Positions 41,557 to 50,420 of a stretch of 64,000 nt of DNA are shown piece by piece; position 1 is the first letter of the stretch, and every line of letters starts with the position of its first letter. The DNA is taken from the NCBI GenBank assembly GCA_965213925.1, contig OZ243927.1, forward strand, positions 640,001 to 704,000, in the 5' to 3' direction. The DNA is from Trueperaceae bacterium (GTDB lineage Bacteria > Deinococcota > Deinococci > Deinococcales > Trueperaceae). The position numbers and the translations under genes are program-made. The notes under the pieces are model-generated. The model saw only the letters and a list, made by a program, of their open reading frames with translations. It had not been told where the DNA came from and did not search any database.

Positions 41557-43398
41557 GTGATGTACGACGTTATTGTAGTGGGCGGCGGTCACGCTGGCAT
41601 CGAAGCGGCGCACGCGGCGGCGAAGCTCGGCGCGGCGGTGGCGCTCGCGATTCCTGACCCCAACAAAATCGGCTTGATGCCCTGTAACCCGGCGATCGGC
41701 GGACCGGGCAAGTCGCAGCTCGTCTTCGAGCTTCACGCGCTTGGCGGCGTGATGGGCACCTTAGCGGACGAGACCGCGATTCACGCCCGCACGCTCAACG
41801 CAAGCAAAGGTCCGGCAGTGCAGTCGCTCCGCGTGCAGAATGAGCGCGACGGTTACGCAACGGCGGCGCGGCAGCTCATCGAGAATACGAGAGGTATCGA
41901 CATCGTACGGGGCGAGGTCGCCTCTTTACTCGTTGAGAATAGTGTACTCAAAGGTGTCTCGCTAACGGACGGGCGTGAGGTACATGCGCCCAGTGTCGTT
42001 CTCTGCACGGGAACGTTTCTCAAGGGCGTCGTTTGGTACGGCAAACAGCAGCGCGAAGCAGGAAGACAAGGAGAAGCGCCCGCGCGTCACCTCTCGGATA
42101 GTCTCACCCTGACAGGTCACGACCTCTTACGCTTCAAGACGGGAACGCCGCCGCGTATTCGCTCAGATTCGGTGGATTTCTCTGTTTTGGAAGTTGTTCC
42201 TGCCGACAACCCCGTCGCCTCGTTTACGGGTCAACCTGGCGCAAAGACGACGAGTAGCCCGACCTGGCTCACACATACAACACCGCAGACGCATAGACTG
42301 ATCAACGAGAATCTGGAGCACTCCGCCATGTACGGCGGCGTCATCGAAGGGCAAGGTCCGCGTTACTGCCCCTCCATCGAGGATAAAGTGGTGCGCTTTT
42401 CGGACAAGGATAGACACCTTTTATTTGTTGAGCCAGATGGCACCGAAACGAGCGAGGTGTACTTGCAGGGGTTCTCGAGTTCCATGCCCCCCTACTTGCA
42501 AGACGACATGATCCGTACACTGCCCGGTTTTCAGAATGCGGTGATTCAGCGCTACGCCTACGCTGTCGAATACGACGCGCTCGACCCGACGCAGCTCGAC
42601 ATCACCTTAATGTCGAAGAAGCTACCTGGTCTCTTTAGTGCAGGTCAAATCAACGGGACGAGTGGCTACGAAGAGGCGGCGACGCAAGGGTTCATTGCGG
42701 GTGTAAATGCGACACGTTTTGCGAACTACCAAGAACCTGTGAGCATTCGGCGCGATCAAGGGTACATCGGCGTGATGTTGGATGACCTAGTGCGGTGGGG
42801 TATCAACGAGCCGTATCGGATGCTGACCTCTCGCAATGAGTACCGTCTGCTGCACCGGCAGGATAATGCACTAGAGCGCCTCTCCCCTATCGGTCACGCT
42901 TGGGGTTTAATCAGTGACGAAAAACTTGCTGAAGTCAAAGCGAGTGAGGCTCGAGTCACTCACGAAGTCGAACGTTTAGGTAAGATGCGCTATAAAGGAA
43001 CGTTAGCGAGCAAAATTATCTGCCGTCCCGGAATAACGTATACGGATGTCGTTGAACTTATCGGGGAAAGCTCGGAGGATTTAACGGCTGAAGAGAAGAA
43101 AAAAGCAGAAATTCTCGTTAAATACGCCGCGTATATCGAACGCAGCCAGAAAGAACTCGAGGCGCGTAAGGATTACGAGTCGCTGAGCTTGCGAGAGCTG
43201 GATTTCGAGCGGGTGGCGAGCCTTTCTAAAGAGGGTGGCGAGATGCTCAAACGCCATCAGCCTGCGACGCTCGGTATGGCTCAGCGTATTCGTGGCGTGA
43301 GAGACAGTGATGTGACTGCGCTCCTTATTTATGCGAAGACACACCGAAATGTTGCTCAAAGTGCTGCAAATGTTTCACGTGAAACAGCAACAGACTGA
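41557..43398 (+). CDS. mnmG: tRNA uridine-5-carboxymethylaminomethyl modification enzyme
   Basis: GGGHAG, CNPAIGG, RYCPSIEDK, GQINGTSGYEEA. Confidence 0.96.
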   Translation: MMYDVIVVGGGHAGIEAAHAAAKLGAAVALAIPDPNKIGLMPCNPAIGGPGKSQLVFELHALGGVMGTLADETAIHARTLNASKGPAVQSLRVQNERDGYATAARQLIENTRGIDIVRGEVASLLVENSVLKGVSLTDGREVHAPSVVLCTGTFLKGVVWYGKQQREAGRQGEAPARHLSDSLTLTGHDLLRFKTGTPPRIRSDSVDFSVLEVVPADNPVASFTGQPGAKTTSSPTWLTHTTPQTHRLINENLEHSAMYGGVIEGQGPRYCPSIEDKVVRFSDKDRHLLFVEPDGTETSEVYLQGFSSSMPPYLQDDMIRTLPGFQNAVIQRYAYAVEYDALDPTQLDITLMSKKLPGLFSAGQINGTSGYEEAATQGFIAGVNATRFANYQEPVSIRRDQGYIGVMLDDLVRWGINEPYRMLTSRNEYRLLHRQDNALERLSPIGHAWGLISDEKLAEVKASEARVTHEVERLGKMRYKGTLASKIICRPGITYTDVVELIGESSEDLTAEEKKKAEILVKYAAYIERSQKELEARKDYESLSLRELDFERVASLSKEGGEMLKRHQPATLGMAQRIRGVRDSDVTALLIYAKTHRNVAQSAANVSRETATD

Positions 43399-44014
43399 GC
43401 AACTTAACAAATACGCCGACCTCATACGGCGCTATCACAGAACGCTCGACCTTATGTCGAGCGTTGCTGTTGAAGGGTTAGAGGAAAAACTTGCTGATAG
43501 CTTTGCGTATGCGGAATTTATGCAAGAGAGGCTCGAGCCCCGTCACCGTATCCTCGACGTAGGCTCGGGGGTTGGATTGCCTGGTATTCCTTTAGCGATT
43601 CAGTTTCCGAACCATCCCATTACGCTTGTGGAGAGGCGACAAAAGCGAGCGAGTTTTCTGAAGATCGTTACCAGTCAGCTCGGGCTCGAGAACGCAACTG
43701 TCGTAGCTGAAGATGTAACGGCGTGGCAGCAACCCCTTGTTACCTGGGTGACAGCACAAGCAGTAGGGCGGTTTCTTGAGCTTTACTGTTTAACACGACA
43801 TCTTCATGCTGAGAATATCTTTTTACTCTCTCGAAAAGGTGAAGCCTATAGTGACGAGGTCGCCGAACTACAAGAAAGATTAGACACTTCTAGCCTTAAC
43901 CTCTCCCCCGCTGTTTCACGTGAAACAGCTATTTCGACTGTTCCACTAAAACCGCATGGTACGCTAGTCGCAATCAGCCTTTCTGGAGGATTGCGTTGCC
44001 GACCATCGGAGTAA
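43370..44014 (+). CDS. rsmG: 16S rRNA m7G527 methyltransferase
   Basis: LDVGSGVGLPGIPLAI, VERRQKRASFL; gidA-gidB-parAB synteny; start uncertain. Confidence 0.88.
   Translation: MFHVKQQQTEQLNKYADLIRRYHRTLDLMSSVAVEGLEEKLADSFAYAEFMQERLEPRHRILDVGSGVGLPGIPLAIQFPNHPITLVERRQKRASFLKIVTSQLGLENATVVAEDVTAWQQPLVTWVTAQAVGRFLELYCLTRHLHAENIFLLSRKGEAYSDEVAELQERLDTSSLNLSPAVSRETAISTVPLKPHGTLVAISLSGGLRCRPSE
43371..43386. promoter_or_regulatory. parS: parS site
   Basis: TGTTTCACGTGAAACA, perfect consensus. Confidence 0.92.
43912..43927. promoter_or_regulatory. parS: parS site
   Basis: TGTTTCACGTGAAACA inside rsmG. Confidence 0.92.
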
Positions 44015-44754
44015 TTAATCAAAAGGGCGGCGTCGGGAAAACGACGAGCGCCATCAACCTTGCCGCTGCGCTAGCGGAAAAACGCCGCACGCTCCTCGTC
44101 GACTTAGACCCACAGGGAAACGCCAGCAGCGGCGTCGGCATAAGGAGCCCCGAGCGCACCATCTACGACGTTCTTATCGGTGAGATGTCAGCACGGCGAG
44201 TTATTGCGGACACCGAGTTCGGTAAGCTCAAAATCATGCCAGCCTCCTCTGACCTCTCGGGGGCTGCTGTTGAACTCGACGCGACGACGGAGAATTTCAA
44301 GCTCCTCGCGAAAGCGCTCATTGGCGTGCGTCCAAACTTCGACTTTATCGTGCTGGACGCGCCTCCTTCGATCGGCGCGCTGACGCTCAACGGCTTAGTC
44401 GCGGCGGATCAGCTTATTATCCCGTTGCAGACTGAGTATTACGCCCTCGAGGGCATTGCGGGTATGATGGATACCGTCGAACGGATGCAAGACTCTCTCA
44501 ACCCGAACTTACAAGTCTTAGGTATCCTCTTGACGATGTTCGACAGCCGTACCCGCCTTTCCCAAGAGGTCGAAGAGAACGTCCGCGAGCATTTCGGAGA
44601 CTTGGTGTTCAAAGCAGTGATTCCGCGCAATGTCCGCCTCGCTGAAGCTCCATCCTATGGTCAACCGATTTATTCCTATGCACCGACCTCATCGGGTGCA
44701 CTCGCCTACCGCCAACTTGCTGAAGAGGTGATTGAACGTGCCAGCCAAGCGTAG
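43996..44754 (+). CDS. parA: chromosome partition ATPase ParA/Soj
   Basis: NQKGGVGKTT, DLDPQGNA, IPRNVRLAEAPSYG. Confidence 0.96.
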   Translation: MPTIGVINQKGGVGKTTSAINLAAALAEKRRTLLVDLDPQGNASSGVGIRSPERTIYDVLIGEMSARRVIADTEFGKLKIMPASSDLSGAAVELDATTENFKLLAKALIGVRPNFDFIVLDAPPSIGALTLNGLVAADQLIIPLQTEYYALEGIAGMMDTVERMQDSLNPNLQVLGILLTMFDSRTRLSQEVEENVREHFGDLVFKAVIPRNVRLAEAPSYGQPIYSYAPTSSGALAYRQLAEEVIERASQA

Positions 44755-45586
44755 CAGCTTGGGCAGAGGATTAGACGCCCTGCTGCCGAAAAACGAAAAA
44801 GAGAAGAGCAAAGACAAGGGTGTTGATCAACTCCCCGTAGACGCGCTCTCCGTCTCGAGTTATCAGCCCCGCAAATATATCGACCCTGAAGCAATCGCGG
44901 AACTTGCGAGTTCGGTCTCGCAAAAGGGAATTCTCCAACCGCTACTGGTCCGTCCGCTAGAAGAAGGCTACGAAATCGTCGCAGGGGAGAGGCGCTTTCG
45001 GGCGGCGCAGCAGGTAGGACTTAAAACGGTTCCTGCCATTATCCGTGATTTAACGGATAGAGAAACGCTCGAGATCGCCATCATCGAGAACGTTCAGCGT
45101 GAAAATCTTAATTCGGTAGAGGAAGCGCGGGCATTTAAGCAACTCATGGACTTCGGTATGAATCAAGAAGAGGTTGCCAAGGCGGTAGGGAAGAGCCGCA
45201 GCGCAGTAGCGAACACCTTGCGACTGCTTCAATTAGGCGACGCGGCGTTATTGGCGTTGGAAAAGCGTACTATCAGTGCGGGACATGCAAGGGCGATTCT
45301 TGCTCAGCCGGAAAGCGATAGAACCTGGGCGCTAGGGCGCATCCTCGAGAACAACCTCTCGGTACGCGAAGCTGAGGGTCTGAAGCGGCAAGTTGTTACC
45401 TCTTCATCCCGGGACAGTAAGAAAGACACCTCTGATGGACGGTACGCGCACATCGAAATGGATTTGGCGCGGCAAATCGGTACAAGGGTAAAGGTCTTAG
45501 GCGGCAATAAAGGCAAGATCGAGCTTCACTTCCACTCACAGGATGAGCTGCAACGGTTGCTCGAGCTGCTTCACTACCAAGCTTAG
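44738..45586 (+). CDS. parB: chromosome partition protein ParB/Spo0J
   Basis: LGRGLDALL, IVAGERRFRA, ENVQRENL, GKSRSAVANTLRLL. Confidence 0.96.
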   Translation: MPAKRSSLGRGLDALLPKNEKEKSKDKGVDQLPVDALSVSSYQPRKYIDPEAIAELASSVSQKGILQPLLVRPLEEGYEIVAGERRFRAAQQVGLKTVPAIIRDLTDRETLEIAIIENVQRENLNSVEEARAFKQLMDFGMNQEEVAKAVGKSRSAVANTLRLLQLGDAALLALEKRTISAGHARAILAQPESDRTWALGRILENNLSVREAEGLKRQVVTSSSRDSKKDTSDGRYAHIEMDLARQIGTRVKVLGGNKGKIELHFHSQDELQRLLELLHYQA

Positions 45587-45602
45587 TGTTTCACGTGAAA
45601 CG
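45587..45602. promoter_or_regulatory. parS: parS site
   Basis: TGTTTCACGTGAAACG directly after the parB stop. Confidence 0.88.
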
Positions 45603-45823
45603 TTCTCATCTGTAAACTGCTCACTGAACATCGAAATGTCGAGTCGCTCTGAATTCTATCTAACGGGTTTTTAGAGCGACTCACCTTGTCTGGTTCAGTG
45701 GTAAGGTTGTTGCAAGCGAGTTTGTACTTGTTAGATTTAACCCTACAGTCCTACTTTTTCGCGGTGTTAGGATGAGCGAGCCAATTGGCGAAGGTAGTAT
45801 CAGATCACTTTAGGGAGGAAACG

Positions 45824-46801
45824 ATGAAACAACCTGCACGTGTCGCTGTCACTGGCGCAGCTGGTCAGATCGGCTACGCACTGCTCTTCCGCATCGCCTC
45901 GGGCGATATGTTAGGTAAAGATCAGCCCGTTATCTTGCAACTCTTAGAGATCACACCCGCTTTAGACGCACTTCAAGGTGTCGTCATGGAACTCAACGAC
46001 GGTGCGTTTCCGCTCCTACACGGCACGACAACTTCAGATGACCCGAACGAAGCCTTCAAAGAGGTTGATTACGCTTTACTCGTAGGTTCTAAACCTCGTA
46101 GCAAAGGTGAAGAACGCGCCGCGCTCCTAGAAGCTAACGGCAAAATCTTCACGGGGCAGGGGAAAGCCTTAAACGATAACGCCAGCCGCGATGTCAAGGT
46201 GCTCGTCGTCGGCAACCCCGCCAACACGAACGCGCTCATCGCCATGAAAAACGCGCCCGACCTCAATCCTAAACAGTTCACTGCAATGACTCGCTTAGAC
46301 CACAACCGCGCCCTGAGCCAACTCGCAACGAAGACAGGTTCGCTAGTCAGCAACCTCAAGAAGATGATCGTGTGGGGCAACCACTCGAGCACCCAAGTCC
46401 CCGACCTCAGCCACGCCACCGTAGACGGTAAAGCGGCGACTGAGTTAGTCGATAAGTCTTGGGTAAAGGATGACTTCATTCCTACTGTGCAGAAGCGCGG
46501 CGCGGCGATTATCGAAGCGAGGGGAGCCTCGAGCGCCGCCTCCGCCGCCTCCGCTGCCGTCGACCACATGCGCGACTGGGCACACGGCACGCCCGAAGAT
46601 GACTGGGTCAGCATGTCCATCCCGAGCGACGGTTCTTACGGCGTCGAAGAGGGCATCATTTACTCGTTTCCCGTAACGGTTAAAAATGGTTCCTACGAAG
46701 TTGTGCAAGGACTGGACAACAGTGAGTTTGTGCAGGAGAAGATGAAGGCGACGGAAGAGGAGCTAGTGGGGGAGAGGGACGCGGTTGAACATTTGATTTA
46801 G
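45824..46801 (+). CDS. mdh: malate dehydrogenase (Thermus/cytosolic type)
   Basis: [42 protein letters not shown]. Confidence 0.96.
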   Translation: MKQPARVAVTGAAGQIGYALLFRIASGDMLGKDQPVILQLLEITPALDALQGVVMELNDGAFPLLHGTTTSDDPNEAFKEVDYALLVGSKPRSKGEERAALLEANGKIFTGQGKALNDNASRDVKVLVVGNPANTNALIAMKNAPDLNPKQFTAMTRLDHNRALSQLATKTGSLVSNLKKMIVWGNHSSTQVPDLSHATVDGKAATELVDKSWVKDDFIPTVQKRGAAIIEARGASSAASAASAAVDHMRDWAHGTPEDDWVSMSIPSDGSYGVEEGIIYSFPVTVKNGSYEVVQGLDNSEFVQEKMKATEEELVGERDAVEHLI

Positions 46802-46818
46802 GTTTTACTGGAAAAATA

Positions 46819-46851
46819 AAAGAGCGAGCGGGAAGTACCGTTTGCTCTTTT
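46819..46851. terminator. bidirectional hairpin terminator
   Basis: AAAGAGCGAGCGG...CCGTTTGCTCTTT with A/T tails. Confidence 0.65.
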
Positions 46852-46866
46852 TCTACTTTCTGCTTT

Positions 46867-47382
46867 TCAAAGTTTTGTAGACGATGTTTCTGGTTCATCG
46901 AAGATTCCAAATGGCGGAGTTCCGTAAGCGGTACGCCATTGTCCTCGCAAAACAGCTCGTGGATTCGATGCTGTTGCTGCTTCCATAATAGCTTGCGTTA
47001 CTTCTTTCTGATTCTTTAAGAAAGAGGTGAAAAGCGTAGTGTGTCGCCTCTGTCCTTCAACTACAAGGGCGACGTTGTAGCCTCCAAAGTAATTCATGAG
47101 TATCCAAACCTCTTCGACTTGATGCCACTCTACACGCTTCTCGTTCCATGAACTCTTTCTTCGAAAACCAGTCAGATTCACTAAGTATTGAGATGTAAAC
47201 AAAGAAAAAGGCAGATATAACGCCCAGATAGAAAAAGGGAGCATTAAGGCATGGGGTAAAACTTCAAAAGTTCTCAAGTATAAGCTCTCAAAGATCATGT
47301 ACAACCCACCTATACCCATTGCGAACATGAGGGCTAGCTGTAGAGATTTGAAAGCACCTTTCTTCGATGTTACAGTTTTCAT
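46867..47382 (-). CDS. hypothetical membrane protein (AT-rich)
   Basis: Two TM helices followed by a soluble domain. Confidence 0.6.
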   Translation of the reverse strand: MKTVTSKKGAFKSLQLALMFAMGIGGLYMIFESLYLRTFEVLPHALMLPFSIWALYLPFSLFTSQYLVNLTGFRRKSSWNEKRVEWHQVEEVWILMNYFGGYNVALVVEGQRRHTTLFTSFLKNQKEVTQAIMEAATASNPRAVLRGQWRTAYGTPPFGIFDEPETSSTKL

Positions 47383-47590
47383 TGAAGCTTGACCTTTCCT
47401 CGCTCTTACAATGCTTTCTATTCTGAAGGCTTTTTACGTAACTCGAGATAACCAATTTCTCACGCAACTTCGGAGTTATTCCGATAAAGCGGGTTTTGTG
47501 TTATGCTTAAAGGTAGTAAGGTATCGCAATACCATCAAGCGACATGAAGCGGTACATGGATTGCAGCACGTCGAGGAAGGCATTTCGAGT

Positions 47591-48025
47591 ATGAGCGACA
47601 AGGAGCAGATTAGAAATACCCTAAAAACTCACGGGCTACGTTACAGCAAGCCCAGGGAGGTCATCTTGAGCTTGTTCGGTGAGCGCGACATGCATATCAG
47701 CGCGGAGCAGCTCTACCTAGAACTCAAGCAACGCGGCGAAGACCTGAGCTTGTCTACGGTCTACCTCAACTTGGGTGTACTGCGCGGCGCAGGGCTGATT
47801 CGTGAGTTTAGTGGCGTCGGCGGGGAAGCGCTCTATGACAGCAACGTTGGACCACACCATCACCTCATCTGTAAGCAGTGCGGTGACATTTTGGACTTGC
47901 CCGAGGTGATGATTCAAGAGGTGTCGCCTAAGCAATTCTTACGTGACAGTGCTGAAAAGGTCTCAGGGTGGCGGGTGGATGAGCCATCGTTGGATTTGCA
48001 GGGGCTTTGCCCGGACTGTCAGTAG
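47591..48025 (+). CDS. Fur/PerR-family transcriptional regulator
   Basis: HISAEQLY, SLSTVYLNL, HHHLICKQCG, GLCPDC. Confidence 0.9.
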   Translation: MSDKEQIRNTLKTHGLRYSKPREVILSLFGERDMHISAEQLYLELKQRGEDLSLSTVYLNLGVLRGAGLIREFSGVGGEALYDSNVGPHHHLICKQCGDILDLPEVMIQEVSPKQFLRDSAEKVSGWRVDEPSLDLQGLCPDCQ

Positions 48026-48044
48026 ATTCTAATTTTGTAGTTGT

Positions 48045-48476
48045 ATGTCTGTTTTCATTAGACCCGCATCAGTAGAAGATGCAGTCGCTCTCAAAGAACT
48101 TGATACAGTTGTGCCGTATGATGCTACTCGAGCCATCTATCTTGATGAGTGGCTTGAGAAAGATAAGGTACTAATCGCAGAGCTTGATGACAAGATCGCA
48201 GGATACGGTGTTCTGAATCATGCTTTCTTCCGACAAAGTCAGGTTGACATGCTTATGGTTGGTGCAGACTACCGAGGACAGCGCATAGGAGAGCATTTAC
48301 TCTTGGCGCTTGAAGAACTTTGTGACACACCTAAATTTTGGGTAACGACGAACCTATCGAATCACCGTATGCAAAAGTTACTTACGCGCCTCGGCTATAA
48401 ACCTTGCGGCTATATTGACGAGCTAGACCCTGGCGACCCTGAGCTGATCTTCGTCAAGCGCGTGTCTACTGGCTGA
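48045..48476 (+). CDS. GNAT family N-acetyltransferase
   Basis: YRGQRIG motif A, TNLSNHRMQKLL. Confidence 0.85.
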   Translation: MSVFIRPASVEDAVALKELDTVVPYDATRAIYLDEWLEKDKVLIAELDDKIAGYGVLNHAFFRQSQVDMLMVGADYRGQRIGEHLLLALEELCDTPKFWVTTNLSNHRMQKLLTRLGYKPCGYIDELDPGDPELIFVKRVSTG

Positions 48477-48516
48477 ACGCCACTTTCATCCCACGTGGCT
48501 TAGCAAGGCATAGTGG

Positions 48517-49257
48517 TTATACGTAGCCCACTTCTGAACGAGATCGGTCTGCTATAACCTCTGCGAGTAGAGGATCGTACGAGAGGTAATCTGCCAATGC
48601 TAATTTAATATCTGGATGCGCCTTCTGCGCCGTCTCGATCGCTTCTGGCAAGTCGTCTGCGACGTGTCCACCGAACTGTAAGAAGTAGGGCACAGCTACG
48701 ATTTGAGCCACCTTCTTCTCTGCGAGCATCTGAACGCCTTCAGCGATGTTAGGCTCGTTGATCTCCATGAAACTCACCTGAACCGCTCTGTAAGTTGAGC
48801 GCTCGCGGATAGCTTCGGCGACTCTGTAAATGGGCGCGTTCGCCTCGGCGTGGGGCGTGCCGTGCGCCATAAGGAGCAAAGCGCAGTCGTCTTCAGTGCG
48901 CGTCGCCGCTGAACGGTCCAGGACCATCTGGACGAGCGCGGGGTGGTACTCGAAAGCGTCCGCAATACTAAACGTGAGCGTTGGATGAGCAATTCTAGCC
49001 TCTTCGATGAGTTTGGGTAGGATACGTTTAACGTAAAACCCTGAAATCAGGAAGTAAGGCTGAACCGCGATATGTGTCGCGCCTTTGCGGACGCAGCGCT
49101 CAACCGCGTCCGCTACGGTGGGCCTACTGAAATTCAAAAAGCCTGCTGTAGCGATCGGCGCGACGCCCTGCTTGCGTAAAAGCGCCGCCAAGCGAATCAT
49201 CGACGCCCCCGACGCTTGGCGGAGGCTGCCGTGTCCGACTAAAACGACCGCGTTCAT
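48517..49257 (-). CDS. sirohydrochlorin chelatase (SirB/CbiX family)
   Basis: LVGHGS, MAHGT, PYFL.FGGHV; duplicated CbiX domains. Confidence 0.88.
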   Translation of the reverse strand: MNAVVLVGHGSLRQASGASMIRLAALLRKQGVAPIATAGFLNFSRPTVADAVERCVRKGATHIAVQPYFLISGFYVKRILPKLIEEARIAHPTLTFSIADAFEYHPALVQMVLDRSAATRTEDDCALLLMAHGTPHAEANAPIYRVAEAIRERSTYRAVQVSFMEINEPNIAEGVQMLAEKKVAQIVAVPYFLQFGGHVADDLPEAIETAQKAHPDIKLALADYLSYDPLLAEVIADRSRSEVGYV

Positions 49258-50087
49258 AGCGCGGCGCTAAGAAGGTCTGACGCAAGCTCTGCGCTTTCCG
49301 CAACGCCTAAATCAACGTCTAAATCGAACCAGCGCAGTTCGGAGCGCAGCCGCACGACGTCGCCGACGACGAGCGTGGCGGGCGCTCTGAGTCCAGCTTC
49401 GCGGACGTTCGCAGCGATGGTCTCTAAGGTCCCCTCCACCGTCTCCTGCTGAGGCGTCGTTCCCCAGCGCACCATCGCTGCGGGCGTGCTAGGCGAGCGA
49501 CCCGCTTTGATGAGTTCTTCGGTGATCGCCCCTATCCTCCCCACCCCCATCAAAATAACGAGCGTGTCCACCCCCGCTAGCGCCCGCCAGTCATGCCCCG
49601 ATTCTCCTTTAGCCGGGTCTTCGTGTCCCGCCACAATCGCCACCGACGCTGCTATGTTGCGGTGCGTGACCGGAATCCCGGCGTACGCGGGCGCAGCCAC
49701 TGCTGACGAGATGCCCGGTACGATTTCAAAAGGGATGTTCGCCTCGCAGAGCGCGAACGCCTCTTCGCCGCCGCGCCCGAAGATGAAGGGGTCGCCGCCC
49801 TTGAGCCGCACCACATTGCGCCCGAGTGTCGCCCGCTGTACCAGGAGCGTATTGATGGCGTCTTGCGAGTACGACGGCTGAACACCGTGCTTGCCCACGT
49901 AGATAAGTTCGGCGTCGGCGCGGCATTCTTGCAGCAGCTTAGGATTGACGAGGCGGTCATAAGCGACGACGTCGGCGTTTTGCAAGCGGCGCAAGCCCTT
50001 GACGGTCATAAGCTCGGGGTCGCCCGGACCTGCGCCGACGAGCGAGACGAAGCCTACTGGTGAGTTGGCTGGAGGGGGGTAAGACAT
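49254..50087 (-). CDS. cobA: uroporphyrinogen-III C-methyltransferase
   Basis: [35 protein letters not shown]. Confidence 0.94.
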   Translation of the reverse strand: MSYPPPANSPVGFVSLVGAGPGDPELMTVKGLRRLQNADVVAYDRLVNPKLLQECRADAELIYVGKHGVQPSYSQDAINTLLVQRATLGRNVVRLKGGDPFIFGRGGEEAFALCEANIPFEIVPGISSAVAAPAYAGIPVTHRNIAASVAIVAGHEDPAKGESGHDWRALAGVDTLVILMGVGRIGAITEELIKAGRSPSTPAAMVRWGTTPQQETVEGTLETIAANVREAGLRAPATLVVGDVVRLRSELRWFDLDVDLGVAESAELASDLLSAAL

Positions 50088-50134
50088 GTCCTCCTTTATA
50101 CTCCAAAAGTTTACAAAAGATGTCAGCTATGTAC

Positions 50135-50164
50135 TTGACATAAATTGTCACTTACCTGTAGCCT
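50135..50164 (+). promoter_or_regulatory. putative sigma70 promoter of the sulfite-reduction operon
   Basis: TTGACA (50135-50140), 18 nt, TAGCCT (50159-50164). Confidence 0.5.
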
Positions 50165-50242
50165 CGGAGTCATTGAAGAGGTCACCTCGCACGTAGACTT
50201 GAAAGCGCTGCGGGAGTTGCAGGAGCACGAAGGGAAGCGTGG

Positions 50243-50326
50243 ATGAAGAAACTCGTTTTAGTAGACAACAGCGTATCGGCGGTAGCCCGGACCTTCTCCT
50301 GTTGTCGCTCCCTCTGCTGTTCCTGA
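50243..50326 (+). CDS. putative Cys-rich leader peptide (27 aa)
   Basis: MKKLVLVDNSVSAVARTFSCCRSLCCS*; purine-rich GAAGGGAAG upstream; 94 nt before sulfite reductase. Confidence 0.65.
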   Translation: MKKLVLVDNSVSAVARTFSCCRSLCCS

Positions 50327-50420
50327 TTGCTGATTTTTAGCTCTCAACCTATCCAGACTGACCCAACCCCAGACTGACCCAACCTAAGCAAACAAACCTC
50401 TTAATCTTTAGGGATGCTCT

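Noticed and set aside
47411..47590. Extended N-termini given by the ORF track (Fur; likewise mdh 45785, epimerase 55645, rsmG 43331, and the ORFs starting at 14745, 22324, 62748)
   Set aside because: Downstream starts have a better RBS or -10 context and match the family N-termini.
50160..50330. T-box or SAM riboswitch upstream of cysI
   Set aside because: No convincing T-box (GGTGGTACCGCG) or SAM-I core motif and no U-tailed terminator; the Cys leader ORF explains the region better.
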